In this document: positions 59,001 through 64,000 of the stretch, in pieces
Layout of the letters: each line of letters begins with the position of its first letter
Numbering within the stretch: position 1 is the stretch's first letter
NCBI GenBank assembly: GCA_050259595.1
Contig: JBLNAX010000068.1
Location: forward strand, 3,905 to 67,904
Direction of reading: 5' to 3'
From: Acidobacteriota bacterium
Lineage (GTDB): Bacteria; Bacillota; Syntrophomonadia; Syntrophomonadales; DTU052
DNA: 64,000 nucleotides
Notes under the pieces: generated by a model
The model's input: only the letters and a program-made list of their open reading frames with translations
What the model was told of the DNA's origin: nothing
Databases searched by the model: none
Made by a program: the position numbers and the translations under genes

Positions 59001-61924
59001 CTGCTATAAAAGATGCGCTGGGCAACATCACGCGCAATGAATACGATGCCGAGGGAAGGCTTCTTAAAACTATAGATGCCAGGGGGAATTGTACTACTCT
59101 TACTTATGATGCCAGGGGGCGCCTGGAGACCACCACAAATGCCCTGGGTTTTTCAATTCGTTACTATTATGATGCTCTGGACCATATTACTGGCATAGAA
59201 GATGCCTTGGGACGCCGGGTTTTTACCCAATCATATGACGGTGACGGTAACCCGGTCACCCTAACCGACTCACTTGGCAATACAACCACCAATCAATACG
59301 ATGAACTAGGCGGCCTTACTCAACAAATAGATGCTACCGGCCACCTCAAATCGTATGGGTACGATCAATTGGGAAATCTAACCTCTAGCTATCAAGCCGG
59401 TGTTTTGGCTTCACGCACTTATGACTCCAGCGGCCGCATATTAACCAGTACCGATCCCAATGACAATAAAACTACCTTTACCTATGATCTGGCTGGGCGG
59501 CTGCTGACTCAAACCAGTGCAGCCGGTGGTGTGATTAGCTATACATATAACCAGGCTGGATTAGTGGCCACCAAGACCAATGCCCGCGGACAGATGACTA
59601 CTTATTCGTACAATGCGGCTGGGCTGTTGACATCTACCACCGATCAGAATGGTACAACAACTTATTCCTATGATGCCAATGGCAATGTCCTTACCAAATC
59701 TGATTCTACCGGAACCATGACCCGGGAGTATGACGTTCTGAACAGGGTGACCAAATACACGGATGTCAGAGGCAACATCATTCGTTACCAGTACGATGCG
59801 GTGGGCAATCTGACCGCCCTCACCTATCCAGATGGCAAACAGGTGCATTATGAATATGATGCCTGCAATCAGTTGATCAGGGTAACGGATTGGGCTAATA
59901 GAGTGACCTCGTATGAGTATGATCCGAATGGTATGCTTGCCAGTACAACACGTCCTGATGGCTCGGTAGAGACCCGCAGCTATGACGCCATGGGCCAGTT
60001 GACGAATATGAAAGATACTGATAAAAACGGCCAGTCGCTCAATGAATACAGTTACGCTTACGATGCCGAAGGAGCTATAACTACAGAGACGGACTCAGCT
60101 CCAGAGGTCAATTACACCATGCCCGAAAAGACCATGTCATATGGACCGGATAACCGTTTGATCACCTATAATGAACAAACCATGACCTATGATGCAGATG
60201 GCAATATGACCAACGGGCCGTTAAAGGGTCAAATGGCCAACTATACTTTTGATTGCCGGAACCGGCTTATAAGCGTAGGAAATACCAGCTATACTTACGA
60301 TGCTGAGGATCATCGCATTACGGTTGCTGAAAATGGTAGTCAGACAGATTATGTTGTCAATCCCAGCAATCTAGATCAGATATTGATGAGGGTCGGTCCA
60401 GATGGACAAAAAACATATTATGTATATGGCTTAGGGCTGCTGGGTCAGGAAAATCCGGACAGCACATACCAGACATATCATTATGATTACCGGGGCAGCA
60501 CAACGGCTATCACCGACCAGGATGGGGCAGTTACTGACCGCTGCCAATACGGCCCATACGGGGAACTGGTCAGCCGTGAAGGAACCACCGATACACCTTT
60601 CCTTTATAATGGCAAGTTCGGAGTTATGACCGACAATAGTGGACTGTATTACATGCAGGCACGATATTATAACCCGGAGATAATGCGCTTTATCAATGCT
60701 GATGTGGTACTGGGCGAAATCGACGATCCAGCCTCTATGAACCGTTACGCTTATGCCAACGGTCAGCCTATTAACAATACCGATCCCTTTGGCCTGTGTT
60801 CTAAGGAAGCTAATGATTTATGGAACCTGTTCAAGCTTTATAAAGAGGGGGAATGGGATGGCTTCTGGCGTTCGTTCAAAGATATGCTTGTAGGTTTATA
60901 TGACCTGAGTAAATACGCCATTAAGGAGGCCTTCACGTCGACAGATATGTACGGCTATCCTGTTTATCCCTGGGAACCGTCTTTTTACATATCCAAGATA
61001 TTGAACGCGATTAATGTCGGCTATGATATATACAAGTGTGTCGATACGGAAGAGGAAAAACGTATCTTATGGGCTAATATTACGAAAGTATGTGACATGG
61101 CCTGGGACAAGTATATGAAATCTACCAAGGAACAGAGGGCATATTGGGCGGGTTTTGTTACTGGATATCTGGAGGGCACACTAACATCAATTGTTATAAC
61201 TGCTGGCGTTGGAGCTGAAGTCAAGGCAGCGTCTCTAGCTGGAAATGTAGCTCGCTTAGGCAGAGGAGGCACCTGGTTCCGCAGAATTATTAGCGCTGTA
61301 AAGAAAGGATTGAAGAAAGGCGGAGCCGCAGGTGAGGCAAGTAGAATTTTTGAGCTTAATCTCGGTAAGTTTTTTAAATTTGTTAGTAAGCTTGATGCCG
61401 AGAGTTGGGGGAATAGAGTCTTTAGAAATTGGGAGGCAGGGCTCACCTCAGTTGAAAGACAAGCGATCTACGATTATACAACAGATGCATATTACCAGAA
61501 TATAAATAATGTGCTTAGGGGTATCGAAACTGACTTTGCTCCGGGCAATGCTGCCAGGGTAGCGGAGATAACCAATGCATTAGATAAGGCACTGATAACG
61601 GATGACATTGTAGTTTATCGAGGGGTCACAAGGGAGGCTCTAGGTGCCTACAAGAGTTTACCCAATGATAAACTTGTTGGTAAACTACTAGAAGAGAAAG
61701 CTTTTTTGAGTACAAGTTTAATTCCCGAAGGAGCTTTTGATACGCCAATAACTTACATAATAAAAGTTCCGAAGGGGATTAAGGGTGCATTTATTGAAAA
61801 TATAAGTATGTTCGGTTCTCAAGAAGTAGAATTATTGATTCAAAGAGGACAGAGAATGATAATTCAACAAGTTGTTGAAAATGGATCAAATTTAATGTTG
61901 GTAATGGAAATAGTTCCGTGGTAA
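47012..61924 (+). CDS. giant RHS/YD-repeat polymorphic toxin (4970 aa) with FN3, RCC1, PPC, PKD and Ig-like domains and a C-terminal ADP-ribosyltransferase
   Basis: N-terminal signal peptide, then more than 20 FN3 units (LxWxASTDNVGVxGYxxYRNG...YxYxVKAxDxAGNxS). Two RCC1 blocks (GxxHSLALxxxGxVWxWGxNxxGQLG). A PPC-like segment (GDNDYVKFT) and a PKD domain (WAFGDGS...HRYSTPGTYAVSLTVYDSAGN). The RHS shell runs from DPIDPVTGAF (about 57560), with dozens of YD repeats and the core end YYMQARYYNPEIMRFINADV...NRYAYANGQPINNTDPFGL. Confidence 0.92.
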   Translation: MSRLKFRGIAILLVALMMVCTCTSDYFSIVRSISSVLMADESTPPDIVPDTLAPSSPTNLTIVSQTYDSVSLTWNASTDDSGVVGYIVYKNGMEYGVATETNYTDNGLSPANNYTYSVKALDQYGNLSDASNEVLIQIPEQPVTPPAVALSAPSNLSITSQTYDSVSLFWSASTGGTGVVTYVVYRNDEQISTTNDTAYSDSGLVSGTSYVYCVKAVDATGTESEASNQVTWSDQNNQSPGGNDSNSGGAGGGGGTISPNGLTSPVNLAVYEQTSSSVTLTWDAATGTVNYVVYRDGNEIGTVINNAYTDSGLTVGTTYKYIVKAVDEAGNVSQVSNEVTVQIPAIETVTPPSNLQAVVNSFNSVSLSWTAPSSENIVAYVVYRNGESITTVIGTAYVDTKLPVATTYSYTVKAVDTDGKISLGSNEAFVTLPALQIKKVPLAAGDSHSLIVKSDGKVWSWGSNGGGQLGSGTAQSTIPVKVLDLVGIQAVSGGYYHSLALDSNGWVWAWGANSSGELGIGSELDSSKPEKVQNLEGIIAIEAGNSYSLALKNDGTVWAWGSNYNGIFGNNELDESNVPVQINGLAGVVAIAAGQSHCLALMNDGTVWGWGSNSEGQLADNNDGQPARISNLSGITAIAAGGYHSLALASNGVVWSWGNNASGQLGIGMPPYSAYQPTAMNISGIKAIAAGEEFSLALKDNGSVVSFGANWGGQLGNDSTYQWQTYGTVSQINNVTSIACGDTHGLAVESSGKVWAWGWNSNGQLGNGTTTQSIVPVTLVDSQPPTAPKNLAMTNMTESSLTLVWEESDDFFGVTGYDIYRNGTKIASTSSTGYVDTSINKDSIYSYTVKAFDAAGNYSSASNVASNDVMPPSAPTNLTVLDVTGSLVSLSWTVSTDNGAVTGYKILRNGIEIDSSATNSYIDNNVLAGETYVYCVKAFDAASNLSDSSNEVSVTTAALNINKVYLSAGGNQSAWLKNNGRLFIWGSNVNDLDYSAGDLTIPTELPIDNVAAVADGSNHIVYLKNNGSVWVSGANWDGQLGKPGAGESSPIQVPGVGGIIAVASNNNHTLALRATGKVCAWGNNSYGQCGTGDTSSPSLPADVKNLTDVISIACGESFSIALKSNGEVVAWGRNDYGQLGNGTTAPSYTPVNVKTSTGNLTGVIAIAAGSKHALALLANGTVYAWGYNYYFQLGYSAYNYSARAQQVSGLTGVTAIAAGYYHSLALKSNGEVWGWGRNIDGQLGTGSTSWNSALVKVKDLSGVIAIAAGNSHSLGLRSDEKVFAWGYNGYGQLGNGTKSPISYPVPVGDSQPPAAPGNLVVNSTSTTSSLKWDAAQDNVGVIGYEVYRNGEKIATVNTTIYQDNELTPEGNYEYSVKAFDAAGNISAFSNLAVRDYEAPTAPGNLVFNNADFTSVSISWDAATDNMGVKGYKIYRDGVEAGSSISTTYTDTGLIPGKSYTYIVKAFDAGENLSSASNELTLSTSADLEKPSKPTNLNIYFYNTQAKIYWSEATDNVGVVGYEVYKNGLKIATVIDNQYYDNAASGDSYTVFACDAAGNYSESSDSYLFIDDFGNKKEDAASIDLGQEKVGYINYSGDNDYVKFTTTVAGSYLVDASTVPPGGYLTVELLSSSGSHLASDTFNEESPATLTRSLQGNSTYYVCIYETPMYGFDDQSEPPSPPANCRGGYRIKIYPADNEPPTPPANLTAVDKTATSLTLTWDAATDNIGVAGYSIYRDGLKIGDTSNLSYAVNGLLPNNTYIFAVKAYDLKGNFSIESTVQVSTETDTEPPTVPENLVVTEKNGRNTTLSWTASTDNKGLAGYELYRNGTKLVTVTDTVYSDNGLINGTYSYTVKAIDLAGNTSDSSNQVEVIVNEDITPPTAPQNLTASQIKLKSIYITWQASTDNVGVKWYYVYRDGKFINGGTGAFTGAEDFQVTPGATYQYYVRAVDAAGNMSEPSNTITVTSLQDTAAPTAPTNLRVIARGAESVSLKWNTSTDDVGVLEYSIFRNDIKVGTSTGLEFYDTGFDRTAVNTYYVKALDAAANLSQPSNSVIHEIIPPSIPQNLSLVSKTSRNINITWDASTDNVTVSGYEVFRDGTSIARTVYTSFSDNGLIPEQTYTYTVRSFDSVGNISNTSSALSVITDPDTIPPTIPQALSLVGYTGSTVSIKWNPSTDDYQMAKYEVFRNGTSVGQTVYSHFTDTVLNVGTDYIYTVKAIDSAGNVSDASSTLTAAPQLPQITRVEPPNNTLIGGLSSRNLRVYYKDTADTGETLGAEYSLDNAVWNNTGFAFNGPYQYDGSTQYFNCTWSSPLTASGKYTVRFTLTDSTAHSVQKVVYYQIDNEAPMVPKNLTAQPIVGGGGIQLAWDPPIDTDISYYQIYRSVYAEEGYTPLYRMSAGICSYTDRSALPGTKCYYKVSAVDVNGQESAASASANAIAPSDTVCPVVTSLYPAFGSGLGLNPVFTVNSHDNLGIKSTKLQYSLNDGVDWTDIGSTNGYAQFPWSTQGLSGQVKIRAIVTDYSDNVSDGTPVYSYFIDHDGPAKVTGLAGTPKATGVLLKWQDVPDNDLAYFQVEKATTQDGQFVVYQTTSRYLGMNVTGLTANTDYWFRVVAFDVRGNAGTYSDVVQVRTTEDTDSPVVTAIRPGAGYYAGAIPLSADAWDDVGVTSVKLQYSQDKVQWNDIETITPAEVAARVTVNYNWDTTTMAEGSYFVRAIAVDTNQHDNSTQNSWVEYRVNRSAPTDAPQGLTLTEAAGNLRLIWQNIDDPGLAGYKVYRAQGINGPFNQISSAALIGYYDYNVQPGITYYYKVAAYNAVGLVGPDSEIVSGKLLDDNEAPKIISVVPASGDTLPGNPEISALVSDNYKVATVELKYKSATEGDDWHSIAQRSVNKSSEVVAFTWNADGLSDGSYTLRLVVADAGGRVTESSDLNYNLKVYKVSPPVLTAVAADWKVNLSWTGEKGEYFKEYRIYRSTVTGQFYKLIKTTTDNSCCDDVISPEREYFYVVDLIDWYGNASRSAEVAVRPLANDPYAPTAEADEDQITNVGMDTQFDGSLSRDNDEISRYIWAFGDGSQVEESTPVHRYSTPGTYAVSLTVYDSAGNSSIDSCLVTVRPEADLGYLDIYVVDAANGLPLVGASVVVEGASGTRRKVLSGENGYIHTTVEVGSCKVYAYIKDYLPEQFNTTITKGETTNVTAKIGKGQLVQGEITVKRMTLEEIRDAGIDVYAPENQYVYQYNINLAVDNTCTYTLQANARGQVIRWTGPSNYTPSVLPHTGHPGVAPTLFIMKTPPHGTALWLKEFFEVSLVVQNMADPQFVIEQSSATLELPAGLSLAPTRDVQSFIIDMGSLAGGEEKQAKWIIRGDQKGDNYHVSANFKGVLQPFGDNVEARFQNQEPFRVWGGDAINMVVYAEDSAVKGRPYKIAVCFDNVSDHDVYNITNSLQLPEASWIPQWSWANTIETLKPGKRAVWYYIFLPKFTGRIKEDPFSNIAYMGGQSVKSRLVLVRASNRDAQNVITIADPIDPVTGAFKYDMSLLSLQGVRPLEFKVNYDSQSKTIGTMGLGWDHGFTTRLEQTGDGNLIIHWPQNQWSAFIKDTDNTYKCIEPSLKFDLIVKNPDGSYTLTRKDSSVYEFNAQGQFTSEKDVSGGALLYTYEEKQLKSITEPVSGCSLTFTYNEQGLLSQVTDNSDRSVSLQYDVNKNLTVITGLGNATTTFEYDECGRIVKEIDAQGQPVIINTYDLDGRVTAQTDREGRVTNLSYDTSSDTANTVNSTDRNGQAKTYSFDFNGNLVSQQDGINQGINFTYDDEGNCIKDTDAEGSSTDYTYDSRGNLLTISDGGSITSTMTYDERDNLLTDIDAAGQTTIYTYNSDNTRATKTDPSGNTTSYTYNENKQVTSITGPDGGVKSFTYENGLTKTITDETGRTTTYTYNQIGKPVSITNASGQTSTMEYDIRGNLISMTNPMGNTVSYTYDAMGWKTSETDARGNTTTFEYDSYGKVTAIKDALGNITRNEYDAEGRLLKTIDARGNCTTLTYDARGRLETTTNALGFSIRYYYDALDHITGIEDALGRRVFTQSYDGDGNPVTLTDSLGNTTTNQYDELGGLTQQIDATGHLKSYGYDQLGNLTSSYQAGVLASRTYDSSGRILTSTDPNDNKTTFTYDLAGRLLTQTSAAGGVISYTYNQAGLVATKTNARGQMTTYSYNAAGLLTSTTDQNGTTTYSYDANGNVLTKSDSTGTMTREYDVLNRVTKYTDVRGNIIRYQYDAVGNLTALTYPDGKQVHYEYDACNQLIRVTDWANRVTSYEYDPNGMLASTTRPDGSVETRSYDAMGQLTNMKDTDKNGQSLNEYSYAYDAEGAITTETDSAPEVNYTMPEKTMSYGPDNRLITYNEQTMTYDADGNMTNGPLKGQMANYTFDCRNRLISVGNTSYTYDAEDHRITVAENGSQTDYVVNPSNLDQILMRVGPDGQKTYYVYGLGLLGQENPDSTYQTYHYDYRGSTTAITDQDGAVTDRCQYGPYGELVSREGTTDTPFLYNGKFGVMTDNSGLYYMQARYYNPEIMRFINADVVLGEIDDPASMNRYAYANGQPINNTDPFGLCSKEANDLWNLFKLYKEGEWDGFWRSFKDMLVGLYDLSKYAIKEAFTSTDMYGYPVYPWEPSFYISKILNAINVGYDIYKCVDTEEEKRILWANITKVCDMAWDKYMKSTKEQRAYWAGFVTGYLEGTLTSIVITAGVGAEVKAASLAGNVARLGRGGTWFRRIISAVKKGLKKGGAAGEASRIFELNLGKFFKFVSKLDAESWGNRVFRNWEAGLTSVERQAIYDYTTDAYYQNINNVLRGIETDFAPGNAARVAEITNALDKALITDDIVVYRGVTREALGAYKSLPNDKLVGKLLEEKAFLSTSLIPEGAFDTPITYIIKVPKGIKGAFIENISMFGSQEVELLIQRGQRMIIQQVVENGSNLMLVMEIVPW
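60797..61921 (+). other. C-terminal toxin cassette of the RHS protein: linker with hydrophobic segment + R-S-E ADP-ribosyltransferase domain (about 61454-61921)
   Basis: It begins directly after DPFGL. The ART triad is VVYRGV (Arg), AFLSTSL (STS) and GSQEVELL (ExE), preceded by YDYTTDAYYQNINNVLRG, as in C3/VIP2-type toxins. Confidence 0.75.
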
Positions 61925-61940
61925 GGAGGAATGAAGGAAT

Positions 61941-62147
61941 ATGGTTAGGCCAAGTAAGCCAAGTAGAGTGGACAGATTCAATTACACTAGGCCTGAGGAA
62001 ATAATAATAATAACTTTGCAATGTGAGAGCTGTAAAAACAAGTTGGATGACCCCATGATATGCACTGAATATGTGGAGAGAAAGCCAAATGGTGTTTTGA
62101 GAGCTGAATCCGATTGTCCAAAGTATAGTCCAATTGAACAGAGGTAA
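61941..62147 (+). CDS. small Cys-rich hypothetical protein
   Basis: A 68-aa ORF 12 nt after AAGGAGG. The spacing CESC...C...DCPKY suggests a zinc-ribbon-like fold. It sits between the toxin and the ARH gene. Confidence 0.4.
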   Translation: MVRPSKPSRVDRFNYTRPEEIIIITLQCESCKNKLDDPMICTEYVERKPNGVLRAESDCPKYSPIEQR

Positions 62148-62150
62148 TTT

Positions 62151-63089
62151 GTGAGTAACCGCGTTTTGGAAGGCTTCTTAGGCTTATGTGTAGGCGATGC
62201 ATTAGGGGTCCCCGTCGAATTTGTTTCCAGGGACCAGTTGTTGAAATTGCCAGTAACTAACATGACGGGATTTGGTACCCACAATCAACCGCCGGGAACT
62301 TGGTCTGATGATAGTTCATTGTCTTTCTGTTTGGCAGAGAGTCTATGTAATGGCTTTGACATTGTAGATATTTCGCAAAGATTTGTTCGATGGTATGTTG
62401 ACGGTTATTGGACTCCGCATGGAATTGTGTTTGATATTGGAAACGCAACATTACAGGCTATTAATAGAATTATATCAGGATGTAAGCCTGAAGACGCGGG
62501 TGGTAAGACCGATGGTGACAACGGAAATGGTTCATTGATGCGAATATTACCCTTAGCTTACTATTTATTAAGATTCGATGATATTGAGACCCGAATGAAG
62601 ATCGTTCATGATGTTTCTGCGATCACCCATGGTCATATTCGATCAAAGATGGCATGTGTCCTGTTCATTGAATTGGCTATCAGTATACTAAAAGGTAAAA
62701 ATAAAATCGAAGCTTATAATGATGTCATTAAGCAGTTTGAATCAATTTACAGTTATGATTTGTATACAACAGAATTAATACACTTTAAGAATATAATCTC
62801 CGGAAAAATTGATAATCTAGAAAGGTACAAGATTTCATCTTCGGGGTATGTAATCCATACACTTGAGGCTAGTATCTGGTGTCTACTAAATAGTGGCGAT
62901 TATAAAGAAGCTGTTTTAAAGGCTGTTAACCTTGGAGATGACACGGATACTACTGCTGCTGTTACTGGCGGACTAGCTGGAATATATTATGGAATGGGTT
63001 CTATTCCAAAAGAATGGATAGATGTTCTAGCGAGAAAAGATGATATTTTTGCATTATGTGAGCGGTTTGCAAAGAATATGAATACGTGA
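62151..63089 (+). CDS. ADP-ribosylglycohydrolase (ARH/DraG family), candidate immunity protein
   Basis: GLCVGDALGVPVEF, WSDDSSL, GNGSLMRILP and LGDDTDTTAAVTGGLAGIYYG are the conserved ARH motifs. Confidence 0.88.
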   Translation: MSNRVLEGFLGLCVGDALGVPVEFVSRDQLLKLPVTNMTGFGTHNQPPGTWSDDSSLSFCLAESLCNGFDIVDISQRFVRWYVDGYWTPHGIVFDIGNATLQAINRIISGCKPEDAGGKTDGDNGNGSLMRILPLAYYLLRFDDIETRMKIVHDVSAITHGHIRSKMACVLFIELAISILKGKNKIEAYNDVIKQFESIYSYDLYTTELIHFKNIISGKIDNLERYKISSSGYVIHTLEASIWCLLNSGDYKEAVLKAVNLGDDTDTTAAVTGGLAGIYYGMGSIPKEWIDVLARKDDIFALCERFAKNMNT

Positions 63090-63146
63090 AAAGTCATGTA
63101 GCTCACCCTTGGCGGTGTACTATAGTCTCAAGGAGGCTCTGACAAG

Positions 63147-63593
63147 GTGTCAACTGGTAAGATTGCAAGTGATAATACAATCCAAATCTTAAAAGCGGCT
63201 GGATGGTATGAAGGACGCAAGATTGATATTGAAGTTTTTGAATCAAATCTAAACAAATTAGGATATGAAGTGTTTCAACCGGTTAAACAGTTCTTACAGG
63301 AATTTGGCATGTTGAAGTTTCAGGATGCTCTTGAACAAGTTCATGATACATCAAAAATATTTATTGAATACTTCAAACATGGCAAGTTCTCCATTGAAGA
63401 GAATTATTGTGGTGAAAGATTAGTTCCGGTAGGAACTCTGTCAGATGGAGAGTTGCTTTTATTTGTATCGGAAAGTGGAAAAGTTTATTGTAGCACGGGC
63501 AAATTAGGCGATAATCCATGGGAGGCATGGGAATGTTTAATTAATAATACAAGCTTCAAGAGTTGGGGAACTTTGCAGAGAGACAGAGGCTAA
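63147..63593 (+). CDS. SUKH-family (SUKH-3-like) immunity protein
   Basis: ILKAAGWYEGRKIDIEVFESNLNKLGYEVFQPVKQFLQEFGML ... LVPVGTLSDGELLLFVSESGKVY matches the SUKH-3 pattern as I recall it. Confidence 0.6.
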   Translation: MSTGKIASDNTIQILKAAGWYEGRKIDIEVFESNLNKLGYEVFQPVKQFLQEFGMLKFQDALEQVHDTSKIFIEYFKHGKFSIEENYCGERLVPVGTLSDGELLLFVSESGKVYCSTGKLGDNPWEAWECLINNTSFKSWGTLQRDRG

Positions 63594-63609
63594 ACTGGAC
63601 GGTGATTAA

Positions 63610-63852
63610 GTGGCTACTTACGTGTTACTAATTAAGGATTTCGAGGATGATGAAAAAGTTGTATATCGTTTTGGCCCAGATAAAGAAAGAATGGGGAAGA
63701 TTCAGTTAAACAAAAGTGACGGCGAGTATTTAGAAATTGAACCAGTACCAGAAACCGATACCACGTTCTATTTCAATCGAGCAGTATCAAAACTACTGAA
63801 ACATTTGAAAAGTGGCGAGGGATTCCCTGACCGAACTCATTTTGCATCTTGA
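63610..63852 (+). CDS. hypothetical small protein (possible additional immunity gene)
   Basis: An 80-aa ORF with a GTG start after GGACGGTGA. No motif was recognised. Confidence 0.4.
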   Translation: MATYVLLIKDFEDDEKVVYRFGPDKERMGKIQLNKSDGEYLEIEPVPETDTTFYFNRAVSKLLKHLKSGEGFPDRTHFAS

Positions 63853-63901
63853 TTTTGTTGTGAAGTGGATAAGGCGATCAGCTTAGGGATGGGTGGATTA
63901 A

Positions 63902-64000
63902 ATGGGTAGAATGCAATGTAAGTGTGGGAATATACTGTCGGATGCAGAAGTGCCAAATAAGGTTCGGATGTGGGTGCATACCAATGATGAATGGTTAAGT
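63902..64000 (+). CDS. hypothetical protein, 3' end outside the window
   Basis: ATG lies 5 nt after GGGTGGA. The product begins MGRMQCKCGNILSDAEVPNKVRMWVHTNDEWLS and is open to the window edge. Confidence 0.3.
   Translation, partial: MGRMQCKCGNILSDAEVPNKVRMWVHTNDEWLS

Overview
This 64-kb window looks like a low-GC Gram-positive (Clostridia-like, S-layer-bearing) chromosome, with a conserved core followed by a long accessory stretch. No rRNA, CRISPR array or IS transposase was seen.

- **1-12.8 kb:** three tandem secreted cell-surface genes built from Big_2, Calx-beta, beta-propeller and SLH domains. One encodes 2214 aa.
- **12.9-23.6 kb:** an arginine biosynthesis cluster, argC-argJ-argB-argD-(transglutaminase-like)-argF-argG ... 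argH. Unrelated genes sit between argG and argH.
- **24.3-33.7 kb:** a tRNA-Thr(CGT) followed immediately by a tyrosine integrase and about 9 kb of island-type cargo. The cargo includes an excisionase-like HTH, an XRE-ImmA/IrrE + PIN pair, a three-gene ubiquitin-like (Ubl-E2-JAB/E1) operon and a serine recombinase.
- **33.9-34.7 kb:** a HigB/HigA-like toxin-antitoxin pair, flanked by a decayed copy of a tRNA junction.
- **34.8-37.6 kb:** a 29-gene tRNA array on the minus strand covering all 20 amino acids. Several members have clearly non-canonical architectures.
- **38-44 kb:** immunity-like and remnant genes, including a truncated RtcB and an integrase fragment.
- **44.4-64 kb:** a polymorphic-toxin locus. 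It contains a 4970-aa RHS/YD protein with a C-terminal ADP-ribosyltransferase domain, then an ADP-ribosylglycohydrolase and SUKH-type immunity candidates.

CDS ends come from the supplied ORF track. Several starts were moved to the codon best supported by a Shine-Dalgarno sequence or signal peptide. tRNA and hairpin coordinates were counted by hand and may be off by 1-2 nt.
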